A stretch of 64,000 nucleotides of DNA, taken from assembly GCA_028696165.1 (NCBI GenBank), contig JAQVHQ010000011.1, positions 1,866 through 65,865 on the forward strand, read 5' to 3'. Below are positions 27,719-37,823 of the stretch, one piece after another (within the stretch, counting starts at the first letter, position 1; every line of letters begins with the position of its first letter). Both the position numbers and the translations under genes were made by a program. The notes beneath the pieces are model-generated. The model was given only the letters and a program-made list of their open reading frames with translations. It ran no database searches and was not told the DNA's origin. This DNA is from Lachnospiraceae bacterium. Lineage in GTDB: Bacteria; Bacillota; Clostridia; Lachnospirales; Lachnospiraceae.

Positions 27719-29389
27719 CTATACATACAAATATGCAATCGCCTCATAAGGACGCAGCATTTTGTCTTCCATTGTTCCATCATTTTCATAATTGGAAATA
27801 TACAGTTCAGACTTCTTAACTTCAATTTCCTTTGGAAGAGTAAACTTCTGCTCTTCTTTGGTAAAATTCAATACCACAAGCATCTTCTGTTCTCCCAACT
27901 GTCGTGTGTATACATAAAGATCTGGATTTTCTTTATCATATTCACAAAATGAACCATATACCGCCACATCATATTTATGACGCTGCTGAATCAATTTCTG
28001 CATATAATGGAAAATCGAGTCCGAATCAGCCCTGGATTCTGCTGCATTAATCTCGCGATAATTTTCATTCATCTTAAGCCAAGGTTTGCCGGTGGTAAAT
28101 CCACCGTTAGCACTGTCATCCCACTGCATTGGAGTTCTGGCATTATCTCTGCCAATATATTCAATTGCTTTCATCAATTCATCCGGATTAGCATTGCCGT
28201 TGACTACTCTGTCATCCCAGGCGTTTCGTATCTGGATGTCCTGATAATCTTCAATGGAATCATACTTCACATTTGTCATGCCCAGTTCTTCACCCTGATA
28301 GATGTAAGGCGTACCCTGCATAGTCATAATCATGGTATAAAGCATTTTAGCACTTTCCTTGCGATACTTTTTGTCATCACCCCAACGGGATACACTTCTT
28401 GGCTGGTCATGATTGGCAAGATAGAGACTGTTCCATGCCAATCCTTCCAATTCTGTCTGCCATTTACTCATAATCTTCTTAAATGCCACCAGGTCAAATG
28501 GTCTCAGATTGAATTTATCTCCGTTAATATACTCCATAGTAACATGTTCAAATTGAAAAACCATGCTCATCTCACTGCCATCTGCAGCTGCATATTTCTT
28601 TGCTTCTTCTACGGTCACTGCAGAAGTCTCTCCAACAGTCATCATGTCTTTATATTTTGACATAACCTTCTGGTTCATCTCATTGAAAAATTCATGAATT
28701 CTTGGTCCATTTTGATAATGTTCTTCACCTATGTTTGCTCGGTCTGTCTTTCCGTCCGGAAGTCCTGGTGTCTTAGAATACATACTTGCCACATCAAGTC
28801 TGAATCCATCTACACCTTTCTGCATCCAGAAGTCCATGATATCATATACTTCATCTCTTACTACCGGATTTTCCCAGTTTAAGTCTGGTTGTTTCTTAGA
28901 GAAGATATGCAGGTAATACTGGTCTGTATTCTCATCATATTCCCATGCACTTCCGGAGAATCTTGAGGTCCAGTTGTTTGGCTCTTTACCATCTTTTCCA
29001 TCGCTCCACATATAGTAGTCACGATATGGGTTATCTTTTGATTTTCTGCTCTCTACAAACCATTTGTGTTCATCTGACGAATGATTCACAACTAAGTCTA
29101 CAATCAGGCGAATCCCACGTTTGTGCATTTCTTCCTGCATCTCATCAAAATCTTCCATGGTTCCAAATTCTTCCATGATGCCTCTGTAATCAGAGATATC
29201 ATAACCATTGTCGTCATTTGGCGATTTGTAATGAGGAGACAGCCATACTGCGTCAATTCCTAATTCCTGTAAATAATCCAGACGGGAAGTAATTCCCTTT
29301 AAATCTCCGATTCCATCACCGTTGGAATCCTGAAAACTCCTTGGATATATTTGATATACTACCGCTTCTTTCCACCATTTTTTGTCCAT
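27719..29389 (-). CDS. GH13 oligo-1,6-glucosidase / alpha-glucosidase (paralog 1)
   Basis: 556-aa ORF; WWKEAVVYQIYPRSF, DLVVNHSSDEH, GFRLDVA, VGE, NHDQPR conserved GH13 regions. Confidence 0.9.
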   Translation of the reverse strand: MDKKWWKEAVVYQIYPRSFQDSNGDGIGDLKGITSRLDYLQELGIDAVWLSPHYKSPNDDNGYDISDYRGIMEEFGTMEDFDEMQEEMHKRGIRLIVDLVVNHSSDEHKWFVESRKSKDNPYRDYYMWSDGKDGKEPNNWTSRFSGSAWEYDENTDQYYLHIFSKKQPDLNWENPVVRDEVYDIMDFWMQKGVDGFRLDVASMYSKTPGLPDGKTDRANIGEEHYQNGPRIHEFFNEMNQKVMSKYKDMMTVGETSAVTVEEAKKYAAADGSEMSMVFQFEHVTMEYINGDKFNLRPFDLVAFKKIMSKWQTELEGLAWNSLYLANHDQPRSVSRWGDDKKYRKESAKMLYTMIMTMQGTPYIYQGEELGMTNVKYDSIEDYQDIQIRNAWDDRVVNGNANPDELMKAIEYIGRDNARTPMQWDDSANGGFTTGKPWLKMNENYREINAAESRADSDSIFHYMQKLIQQRHKYDVAVYGSFCEYDKENPDLYVYTRQLGEQKMLVVLNFTKEEQKFTLPKEIEVKKSELYISNYENDGTMEDKMLRPYEAIAYLYV

Positions 29390-29472
29390 GATTTTTCCTT
29401 TCTAATCGCACAATATTTTATTCAATCACACCCCGGTGCATTATACCCTCAGTTCATCACACATACTAATAA

Positions 29473-29625
29473 CATACAGATACCGATAGCATACACATAC
29501 CGATAGCATACAGATACCGATAGCATACACATACCAATAGCATACAGATACCAATAGCATACACATACCAATAGCATACACATACCAATAGCATACACAT
29601 ACCAATAGCATACACATACTAATAT
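29473..29625. repeat. 17-bp tandem repeat x9 (CATACA[G/C]ATACC[G/A]ATAG) between the GH13 paralogs
   Basis: units phased from 29473; the first six alternate CAG/CAC giving a 34-bp higher-order period. Confidence 0.9.
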
Positions 29626-29700
29626 AGTACATCTAAACTGCTTCATAATCCACCGAAAGCCACATATTTTTTAAGATAATATTTTACGCATACATAGTAA

Positions 29701-29731
29701 CGAAAAGGATGGATATTTCCATCCATCCTTC
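29701..29731 (-). terminator. putative intrinsic terminator after GH13 gene 2
   Basis: minus sense AAGGATGG...CCATCCTT followed by TTCG; weak U tract. Confidence 0.45.
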
Positions 29732-29734
29732 CGC

Positions 29735-31405
29735 TTATTCATACAAATATACAACAGCTTCATAAGGCCGAAGACATTTATCCCCTATTTTCCCATCATT
29801 TTCATAGTTCGATATGTATAATTGTGATTTATTATATTCTATTTCTTTTGGTAAATGAAATTCTTTTTCTTCACCTGTAAAGTTCAATACAACAAGCATT
29901 TTCTGACCATCAAGCTCACGTGTATACACATAGAGCGATTCATTTTCCTCATCATACTCGTGAAAAGAGCCATATACAGCCACTGCGTTTTGCTTTCTCA
30001 GTTTTATCAATTTCTGCATATAATGGAAAATAGAATCTGGATTATCCAGTGATTCTTTTGCATTAATCTCTGTATAATTCCTGTTCATCTTCAGCCAGGG
30101 AGTTCCTGTCGTAAATCCACCATTCTTACTGTCATCCCACTGCATTGGTGTCCTGGCATTATCCCGTGAGATGACGCTGAGTGTATCCAGCATTTCTTCC
30201 GGCGACACCATACCAGTTAATACGCGTTCTTTCCAGATAGTCCGGACATTTATATCCTGATAGTCTTCAATGGATGTATACCCTGCATTGGTCATTCCCA
30301 GTTCCTCTCCCTGATAAATATAGGGTGTTCCCTGCATGGTCATTATCATCGTATACAGCATTTTAGCACTTTCATTTCGATACTTCTTGTCATCGCCCCA
30401 TCGGGACACACTTCTTGGCTGGTCATGATTTGCCAGATACAGGCTGTTCCATGCCAGACCGTCTAATTCAGTCTGCCACTTACTCATGACTTTTTTAAAT
30501 TCGCTCATCTTAAATGGTTTCAAGCTGTATCTGTCACCGTTTTTATATTCAAGATTAACATGCTCGAACTGAAAAATCATTCCCAATTCCTGCCTGTCTG
30601 TTCCAGAATACTTTTTGGCATCCTCTACAGTTACCGCTGCAATCTCACCAACTGTCATAATGTCATCATATTGAGATAACACTTTTTCATTCATCTCTTT
30701 AAAATATTCATGAATTCTTGGTCCATGGAGATAATATTCCGCTCCCACGTTAACATTATTCAAATCTCCATCAGGCAGTCCCTCGGTTTTAGAATAAGAA
30801 CCTGCGGCGTCTAATCGAAATCCATCCACACCTTTTTCGATCCAGAACTTCATCATATCATAGATTTCATCTCTGACTTTAGGATTTTCCCAATTCAAAT
30901 CAGGCTGTTTTGGAGAATATAAATGCAGATAGTATTGATTTGTCTCCCCATTATAATCCCACGCTTTTCCAGAAAATCTGGACACCCAGTTGTTCGGCTC
31001 TTTTCCATCCTTGCCATCACGCCATATATAGTAATCTCTATATGGATTATCTTTGGATTTCTTGCTTTCCACAAACCACTCATGCTCATCTGAAGTATGA
31101 TTCACCACTAAATCAATGACCAGATGAATACCACGTTTACGCATTTCCTGCTGCATCTCGTCAAAATCTTCCATCGTACCAAATTCGTCCATGATATCCC
31201 GGTAATCCGAGATATCATAGCCATTATCATCATTTGGCGACTTAAAATGCGGAGACAACCACACAGTATCAATACCTAATTCCTGCAAATAATCTAATCT
31301 GGAAGTAATTCCCTTCAAATCTCCAATTCCATCTCCGTTGGAATCCTGAAAACTTCTTGGATATATTTGATATACAACTGCTTCTTTCCACCATTTTCTG
31401 TCCAT
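29735..31405 (-). CDS. GH13 oligo-1,6-glucosidase / alpha-glucosidase (paralog 2)
   Basis: 556-aa ORF colinear with paralog 1, same length, long identical peptide stretches. Confidence 0.9.
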   Translation of the reverse strand: MDRKWWKEAVVYQIYPRSFQDSNGDGIGDLKGITSRLDYLQELGIDTVWLSPHFKSPNDDNGYDISDYRDIMDEFGTMEDFDEMQQEMRKRGIHLVIDLVVNHTSDEHEWFVESKKSKDNPYRDYYIWRDGKDGKEPNNWVSRFSGKAWDYNGETNQYYLHLYSPKQPDLNWENPKVRDEIYDMMKFWIEKGVDGFRLDAAGSYSKTEGLPDGDLNNVNVGAEYYLHGPRIHEYFKEMNEKVLSQYDDIMTVGEIAAVTVEDAKKYSGTDRQELGMIFQFEHVNLEYKNGDRYSLKPFKMSEFKKVMSKWQTELDGLAWNSLYLANHDQPRSVSRWGDDKKYRNESAKMLYTMIMTMQGTPYIYQGEELGMTNAGYTSIEDYQDINVRTIWKERVLTGMVSPEEMLDTLSVISRDNARTPMQWDDSKNGGFTTGTPWLKMNRNYTEINAKESLDNPDSIFHYMQKLIKLRKQNAVAVYGSFHEYDEENESLYVYTRELDGQKMLVVLNFTGEEKEFHLPKEIEYNKSQLYISNYENDGKIGDKCLRPYEAVVYLYE

Positions 31406-31433
31406 TATTGTTGTTCCTCTCGCTTTGTAAGTG

Positions 31434-32264
31434 CTACTCTTTTACAGCTCCATTAGCAATACCTGCAACAATCTGCTTCTGGAATAATAAAACTATAATC
31501 AAGGTAGGAATAATTACCACAATCGCGGCAGCCGTAATCTGACTCCAGAAGATACTATATTCATCTCGAAGATATCCGATACGAACAGGTACAGACTGCA
31601 TACTTTCTGTAATGTTCAATGTACAAGATAACAAATACTCATTCCATGCTGCGATGAATGTAATGATTCCTGTTGCGAAAATACCTGGTGCTGAAATCGG
31701 GAAAATAATTTTCCACAAGATACCCCATGCAGAACATCCATCCAATTTTGCTGCTTCTTCCAGTGACAACGGAACCTGTTTAAAATGTGTTACCATAATC
31801 CATACAGCACTTGGCAATGTAATTGTACAATACGCCAATGAGATGAAGTATGAGTTCAACCAGCCCAATTGATAATACATATTAAAAATAGGACCAATAA
31901 CAATCATCTGTGGGAACATAGATACTGCAAGGATAAGTCCCATCAAGATGCTCTTGCCTTTAAATTTAAATCTTGCGATAACATAAGCTGACATAGACGC
32001 AACAATAACAACATATAATGTAGTCAATGATGCAATAACAAAACTGTTTCTGATAGCTCTAAAAATATGTTTTTCAAAAATTACTGTAATATAGTTCTCT
32101 ATCGTTGGATTGTTTGCAATAATATTATATGCTCCAGCTCCGTGAATCTCAACTTCCGGTTTAAATGAAGTAATCAAAATCCAAAGGAACGGGAAGATAC
32201 TAATTAATAAAAAGACAATGATGAAAGCCCAGCAAACAACATTAAATACTTTACTCTTACTCAT
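31434..32264 (-). CDS. carbohydrate ABC transporter permease (MalG-like)
   Basis: 276-aa six-TM ORF with EAAKLDGCSAWGILWKIIFP EAA loop. Confidence 0.88.
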   Translation of the reverse strand: MSKSKVFNVVCWAFIIVFLLISIFPFLWILITSFKPEVEIHGAGAYNIIANNPTIENYITVIFEKHIFRAIRNSFVIASLTTLYVVIVASMSAYVIARFKFKGKSILMGLILAVSMFPQMIVIGPIFNMYYQLGWLNSYFISLAYCTITLPSAVWIMVTHFKQVPLSLEEAAKLDGCSAWGILWKIIFPISAPGIFATGIITFIAAWNEYLLSCTLNITESMQSVPVRIGYLRDEYSIFWSQITAAAIVVIIPTLIIVLLFQKQIVAGIANGAVKE

Positions 32265-32278
32265 TATGTTCTCCCCTC

Positions 32279-33502
32279 CTAATCATTTTTCAAAACATCT
32301 GCGCCAAGAACTTTGACATATAGAATTGCAATAGCCGCAACACAGACAAACATACCGATAACAATAGTTGAACCGTAACCATAATTACTCTGGTTGAACA
32401 TTAACTTATATGCATATACAGATAAAGTCTCTGTACCATTTCCAGGTCCACCATTTGTCAAAATTGCGATCAAATCATATACTCGGAATGCATCCAGTGT
32501 TCTGAATAATAAAGCAACCAGAATACTTGGTTTCATCAAAGGCAGTGTAATAGAGAAAAATGTCTTAACCGGTGAAGCGCCATCGATAGAAGCACTTTCA
32601 TATAATCCTCTGTCAATAACCTGCAAACCTGCTAACAGAAGCAGTGCCATATATGGTGTTGTCTTCCATACATCGGAAAGAACTGCTGATGCCATAGCTC
32701 CATTAACGGTCAGAAGCATGCTGGCCTGACTTGAAATCAATCCAATTGACTCAAATGCCTTAGAAATAATACCATAACTACCATCGTACAAATAACTCCA
32801 GATCAAAGCAGAAACCGCTGTTGGTATCGCCCATGGAATCAAAGCAATGGTTCGAATAATACCAATTCCTTTCATCGCCTTATTCATAATCAATGCCAGA
32901 CACATACCTAATACAAATTCAATCGATACAGACAATGCCATAAAGATCAATGTATGTGCTAATGCCGCCCAGAAACGGCTGTCCTGGAACAATTTTGCAA
33001 AGTTTGCAACACCCGTGAAGTTACTTTCAACAATACAGGTAGACAAGTTTTGAAGAATCGTATCTATATTCTCTCGATTATAGAACTCAACGTCCGGGTA
33101 CTTATCATATATCGCCTTGACATCCACGGTGGTTTTTTCAATAAAGCCTTTAATCGTTTCGGTTTCTTCTGCACTCATATTACGAGTGGTAGTCTCACCG
33201 TCATACTGATTCATTACCTCAGTTACACTATCCATAATTTCAGTAAATGCAGCCTGATCTTCTTCTGAGACCATAGTAATATCTGCACTTATGAAATAAT
33301 TTACATATTGACAATCCTCTACAAGTAAAGATGTATTTAATTTTTCATTCATATAAAAACTGTTGTATTCCTGATCATTGGTCCGGTAATCAAACAATGT
33401 ATACATACACGAAGTGATAATTGGATAAATGGAAAACACACCAATAAAACACAGCAAAGGTATGATAAATATGAATTGCTTAAAAGTCATTCTCTTAACC
33501 AT
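32279..33502 (-). CDS. carbohydrate ABC transporter permease (MalF-like) with large extracytoplasmic insertion after TM1
   Basis: ESASIDGASPVKTFFSITLP EAA loop; start at MVKRMTF (33502) with GGAGG RBS. Confidence 0.85.
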   Translation of the reverse strand: MVKRMTFKQFIFIIPLLCFIGVFSIYPIITSCMYTLFDYRTNDQEYNSFYMNEKLNTSLLVEDCQYVNYFISADITMVSEEDQAAFTEIMDSVTEVMNQYDGETTTRNMSAEETETIKGFIEKTTVDVKAIYDKYPDVEFYNRENIDTILQNLSTCIVESNFTGVANFAKLFQDSRFWAALAHTLIFMALSVSIEFVLGMCLALIMNKAMKGIGIIRTIALIPWAIPTAVSALIWSYLYDGSYGIISKAFESIGLISSQASMLLTVNGAMASAVLSDVWKTTPYMALLLLAGLQVIDRGLYESASIDGASPVKTFFSITLPLMKPSILVALLFRTLDAFRVYDLIAILTNGGPGNGTETLSVYAYKLMFNQSNYGYGSTIVIGMFVCVAAIAILYVKVLGADVLKND

Positions 33503-33576
33503 GTAAACCTCCTTTAAATTTAAATAGGGATTGTTACAGTTAATATACAGTAACAATCCCTAATATAATTTACTAT

Positions 33577-34875
33577 TTATTGATATTGATCAAGTAAACT
33601 CTGAACCTCTGTAGCGGTAGAATCTAAATCAGCTTCATCAGACAGATATTTATGAATTGAAATCTGTAATGCATCAGATAATTCTGCATAATTTCCTGAA
33701 CTTGGTCTTGCAATGGTGTTTTCCAAAGCTTTTAAGAATCCAGGTTTAGATAAAAGTTCATTATTTGCTAAGATATTTTCATTAGTAAGATAATCATTGT
33801 ATCCAGGTACATAACCACCAGTTGAACAGAATGCATCCTGACCTTCTGTAGCTGCATATTTCAGGAATTCCCAAGCGCCTTCTTTGTTCTCACTGTTAGA
33901 GTTAATAGCGAGTAACCATCCACCGATACAAGAACCACCTGGAAGTGGAGCGATGTCAACCTGATCAGCTTTAACTGTAGTTTCATCAGTTAATAATCCC
34001 CAAGCTCCTGGCCATCCTCTATCAAATACTGTAGTACCATTAATCAAAGCGTTGTTACAATCTTCTTCTTTATATAACAGAATGTCTTCTGGTGTATAAT
34101 CAGAATCTGCAGCTGTCTTCATTAATTCTAAACCATGAGAGATATCTGTGAAGTTTGATGTCCATTCATTACTGTTACAGATAAGACCTTCGTACTGAGC
34201 TGACTGATAAGTTAAACCATATTCAGTTCCGCCCTGGCCTTTATATTTCTCTGCCATAGCAAGTAAATCTTCAAATGTATAATCGCCAGCTACAAGTTTT
34301 GCTGAATCTTCAGCGGATACGATATCATTTCTGAAATATAAGCATCCGAAATCTGGGAACAGCGGAACTGCATAGCTCTTAGCATTGTATGTACCAGCCT
34401 GCATAGAACCTGCATTAAAGTCTGCTGCTGTTAATCCAGCGTCCATCAAATGAGTATCTAATGCTTCCAGGTAACCTGCACCTGCTAAATCTCCTGCCCA
34501 AACTGTATCAATACAAACAACATCATAATCTGAACTTCCTGCCTGGAATGATGTAATCATCTGACTCTTAACATCACCAGAATCCTTAGGAGCGATTACC
34601 CAGTTAACTGTATATTTATCCTGAGAAGCTTCAAATGCTTCAATAAGTGCTTCTACTGCACCGTTACCACCATCCTGTTTGTAGAATGTGATTTCTGTCT
34701 TTCCTGAATCATCTGCTGATTCCTCTTCGCCTTCTGCTGGAGCTTCCTCTTCTGCGCCTTCTTCTGCAGCTGGTTCTGTGCTTGCCTCTGAGCTTGATGC
34801 ACTACTTCCACAACCAATAATTGTAGAAGATACCATGATCATTGCTAACGTAAATGCAAGATACTTTCTTTTCAT
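33577..34875 (-). CDS. ABC transporter extracellular sugar-binding lipoprotein
   Basis: MKRKYLAFTLAMIMVSSTIIGCGSS lipobox, Glu/Ala-rich linker, SBP family-1 like body. Confidence 0.85.
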   Translation of the reverse strand: MKRKYLAFTLAMIMVSSTIIGCGSSASSSEASTEPAAEEGAEEEAPAEGEEESADDSGKTEITFYKQDGGNGAVEALIEAFEASQDKYTVNWVIAPKDSGDVKSQMITSFQAGSSDYDVVCIDTVWAGDLAGAGYLEALDTHLMDAGLTAADFNAGSMQAGTYNAKSYAVPLFPDFGCLYFRNDIVSAEDSAKLVAGDYTFEDLLAMAEKYKGQGGTEYGLTYQSAQYEGLICNSNEWTSNFTDISHGLELMKTAADSDYTPEDILLYKEEDCNNALINGTTVFDRGWPGAWGLLTDETTVKADQVDIAPLPGGSCIGGWLLAINSNSENKEGAWEFLKYAATEGQDAFCSTGGYVPGYNDYLTNENILANNELLSKPGFLKALENTIARPSSGNYAELSDALQISIHKYLSDEADLDSTATEVQSLLDQYQ

Positions 34876-34989
34876 GTTGTTTCCTCCTTTTATGTTCGAA
34901 TACGTTCATATAATATTTTATTGAATTTGCTTATTCCATTAATTTATTTTTTATGTTTTTATATGAACTTTATTCGTGTTTATGAATTT

Positions 34990-35018
34990 ATAATACCTCT
35001 TTAGTTTCTTTTTGTCAA
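34990..35018 (-). promoter_or_regulatory. sigma-A type promoter of the sugar ABC/GH13 operon
   Basis: minus sense TTGACA (35013-35018), 17-nt spacer, TATTAT (34990-34995). Confidence 0.6.
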
Positions 35019-35090
35019 TATTCCATTGTTTTTTTAGAATCTTTTCGTTACTTTAACTAAATTGTAATTGATTTCATTGTGAATTAACAC

Positions 35091-35150
35091 AAGAATACGG
35101 ATGATTTTATGAACGTTCATTCATAAAATCATCCGTATTCTTTCTTTTTA
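35091..35150 (+). terminator. strong + strand intrinsic terminator (23-bp perfect stem) with no annotated + strand gene upstream
   Basis: AAGAATACGGATGATTTTATGAA (35091-35113), loop CGTTCA, TTCATAAAATCATCCGTATTCTT (35120-35142), then TCTTTTTATTATTTTTTT. Confidence 0.65.
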
Positions 35151-35190
35151 TTATTTTTTTCACGAAAATCACATGGATTATATCCATTTT

Positions 35191-35979
35191 TTATTTTGAC
35201 AATTCCTCATCTGCAAGAACAACTTCAACCCCGGCATTCCTTATTTTCTCCAATTCATCAGGATTGGCAGCTGACGTTGTCACCAACATATCAATTCTTC
35301 CTATATCCACGCTTTTATAGTTTTTCACGCGGCCAACTTTACTTCCGTCTGTTACTACAATCTTCAATCCTCTGCAGCGTTCCAGCATCATAGAAAAGAT
35401 TGTGGTTTCCTGAAATGCCGATGTTGTAATCCCATACTCGGCACTGATTCCATTTACACCCATAATTGCCATCTCGGCAAAGATCTCTTCTATCAGCCTT
35501 GTAGAAAACTCTCCCAAATAAGATTTAGTTACATTATTAAACATGCCGCCGGTACAAAGCAGGTCACAATTGCTGTTCTCAAGAATTCGTCCTGCAAATG
35601 CATTATTGGTTATCAACACAATATTTTTGTCCGTCAGATTCTTCAGCACTTCCAAAACAGTAGTTCCCGAATTCATGAAAACACTTGTCTTTTCTTTTAC
35701 TAATCCAGCCACATATTCTCCGATTGCTTCTTTTTCTTCACGATGTATCACTGTTTTCTCTTCAAATTTCTGCAATGCATTATTTTCTTTAATCTTAGCT
35801 CCTCCAAAGAATCTTGTAACTTCTCCTTTGGCTTCCAGGAATTCCAAATCACGTCTTATAGTCAATTCAGAAACTTCAAAATAATCGCTTAGTTCTTTTA
35901 CCTGCACCTGTGTATTTTCCTTCAGCATTTTTAAGATACAAGTTCTTCTTCTCTCAATAACATGCCTGCTCTGTTTCAT
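35191..35979 (-). CDS. DeoR/GlpR family transcriptional regulator
   Basis: 262-aa ORF; N-terminal HTH VKELSDYFEVSELTIRRDLEFLE and C-terminal DeoR sugar-phosphate sensor domain. Confidence 0.88.
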   Translation of the reverse strand: MKQSRHVIERRRTCILKMLKENTQVQVKELSDYFEVSELTIRRDLEFLEAKGEVTRFFGGAKIKENNALQKFEEKTVIHREEKEAIGEYVAGLVKEKTSVFMNSGTTVLEVLKNLTDKNIVLITNNAFAGRILENSNCDLLCTGGMFNNVTKSYLGEFSTRLIEEIFAEMAIMGVNGISAEYGITTSAFQETTIFSMMLERCRGLKIVVTDGSKVGRVKNYKSVDIGRIDMLVTTSAANPDELEKIRNAGVEVVLADEELSK

Positions 35980-36260
35980 ACGCTAAACTCTTACGAATAA
36001 AAAATCCGCCCTTTCTTTTTTATAATGTGTCTATTTTAATATGAATTTAATTCATTTTTCTGTCTTTGATATGGCTTATTATAGCATGTTTTCCCATTTA
36101 TTGTAACATTTTCATAGGTTTCGTCCTTTAATGTGTTTGATTTTTATATTTTATGAATTTTATGTTGTAATCACTTTTTTCTTATGATATTCTTAGGTTG
36201 TTTAAACCATTCTTACATATTGAATTTGCTTATTCTATTATCCAAAGGAATGGTGAAATT

Positions 36261-37745
36261 ATGAATTATTTAGTAATCGATGTTGGTACATCCAGCATGC
36301 GTGGAGTCCTTTATAACTGTGATGGAAAAGTCTTGTATTCCCATCAGCTTACCTATCATGTAATTTATCTAAACGATATACTTGCCGAGCAAAATCCCCA
36401 GGACTGGGAATCCGCTTTATATAGCATTATTGCTAAAGTATATGGCTATTGCCAGACCTCCGGTCTTAGTATCTCTGCTATTTCTCTCACTTGCCAGCGT
36501 TCTTCCATCATCCCTGTAGACAAAGATGGAACTCCTCTTTCCAATGCCATCATGTGGATGGATAAAAGAAATCAGGATATTTGTCAGGAATTATCCTCTA
36601 TAAACTCATTTATCTTCCAGAAAACCGGTGCGACCTTAAATACTGTATTTTCAGGAAGCAAGATGACCTGGGTTAGAAGAGCTGAGCCTGAAATCTACAA
36701 ACGCACGTATAAATTTCTCACTATAGCAGATTATCTGACCTATCTTATGACTGGCGAGTTTAAAACAGATCATACCTATGGTGGCCGTTCTTTGCTCATG
36801 AATCTTTACAGTAAAAAATGGGACCCCGAATTGTTGGACATTTTCGAAGTAGACGAATCGAAGCTATGTGAACTCGTTTCACCTGGCAGTATCATCGGAT
36901 ATACCACTTCCGGTTTTCTTTCTAAAACCGGAATTCCTGTTGGCACACCTTTAATAAGTGCCGGTGGTGACCAGCAGTGTGCTGCTTTAGGACAAGGTTT
37001 ATCTTCACAGGGTACTTTAGAAATCACAGCCGGCACAGGTGCATTTATCCTCGCATACAGTGATTCGGTTCCATCAGATTTAGCGATGAATACCATATGC
37101 GGGCCGCATGCAATACCGGGTAAATATGTATTAGAATCCAGTATTCTCTCATGTGCTTCGCTTTATAACTGGTGTATCAATGCATTTCTGGATTCATCTT
37201 CAAAAGATTCCAAGACAGCCATCAAGCAGTTGAATGTTCTGGTAGAAAATACCCCGGCTGGTTCCAATGGATGTATATCTCTTCCATTTTTCCAAGGCAG
37301 AGGGACCCCTGACTGGAATTCAAAAGCCACTGGTTCATTCATGAATGTAACTCTAAAAACCACAAAAGGAGATTTCGTCCGTTCTATCCTTGAGGCAATT
37401 GTATATGAGTTATCCCACAACATCAACATTCTGGAATCTTATTTAGGCGAAGCAAAACAAATATATTTAGGCGGCGGCCTTTCCCGTTTTTCTCTGTTCA
37501 ACCAGATTCAGGCCGATGTATACGAAAAAGAACTATTGCTAAATGACAACGGCGAACAAACAGCCTTAGGTGCCTATCTCAGTGCTGCAGTTACTATGCA
37601 TCGTTTCTCCACTTATGAGGAAGCAGTTTTATTCATTCAGCAAGAGCAGCATTTTGAAAAATATGTACCTGATTCAGCGAACAGTATCATTTATCACGCT
37701 CAGAAAGAAAAATCCACAAGATACTACAATATATTGTACAAATAA
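36261..37745 (+). CDS. FGGY-family carbohydrate kinase (xylulokinase/L-xylulokinase-like)
   Basis: MNYLVIDVGTSSMRG N-terminal ATPase motif, GGDQQCAALG, GGLSRF; start at 36261. Confidence 0.85.
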   Translation: MNYLVIDVGTSSMRGVLYNCDGKVLYSHQLTYHVIYLNDILAEQNPQDWESALYSIIAKVYGYCQTSGLSISAISLTCQRSSIIPVDKDGTPLSNAIMWMDKRNQDICQELSSINSFIFQKTGATLNTVFSGSKMTWVRRAEPEIYKRTYKFLTIADYLTYLMTGEFKTDHTYGGRSLLMNLYSKKWDPELLDIFEVDESKLCELVSPGSIIGYTTSGFLSKTGIPVGTPLISAGGDQQCAALGQGLSSQGTLEITAGTGAFILAYSDSVPSDLAMNTICGPHAIPGKYVLESSILSCASLYNWCINAFLDSSSKDSKTAIKQLNVLVENTPAGSNGCISLPFFQGRGTPDWNSKATGSFMNVTLKTTKGDFVRSILEAIVYELSHNINILESYLGEAKQIYLGGGLSRFSLFNQIQADVYEKELLLNDNGEQTALGAYLSAAVTMHRFSTYEEAVLFIQQEQHFEKYVPDSANSIIYHAQKEKSTRYYNILYK

Positions 37746-37823
37746 ATTAGTCTTATATCAAAATAGAGGAAATAGTGTGACTTACATGTTTACACCTTTT
37801 CCTCTATTTATTATCTCTTTTCT

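Noticed and set aside
29441-29646. Cys/Tyr/Val-rich 63-65 aa ORFs on the minus strand in the 17-bp array
   Set aside because: They are translations of the tandem repeat in two overlapping frames. There is no RBS, and the gap is intergenic between the paralogs.
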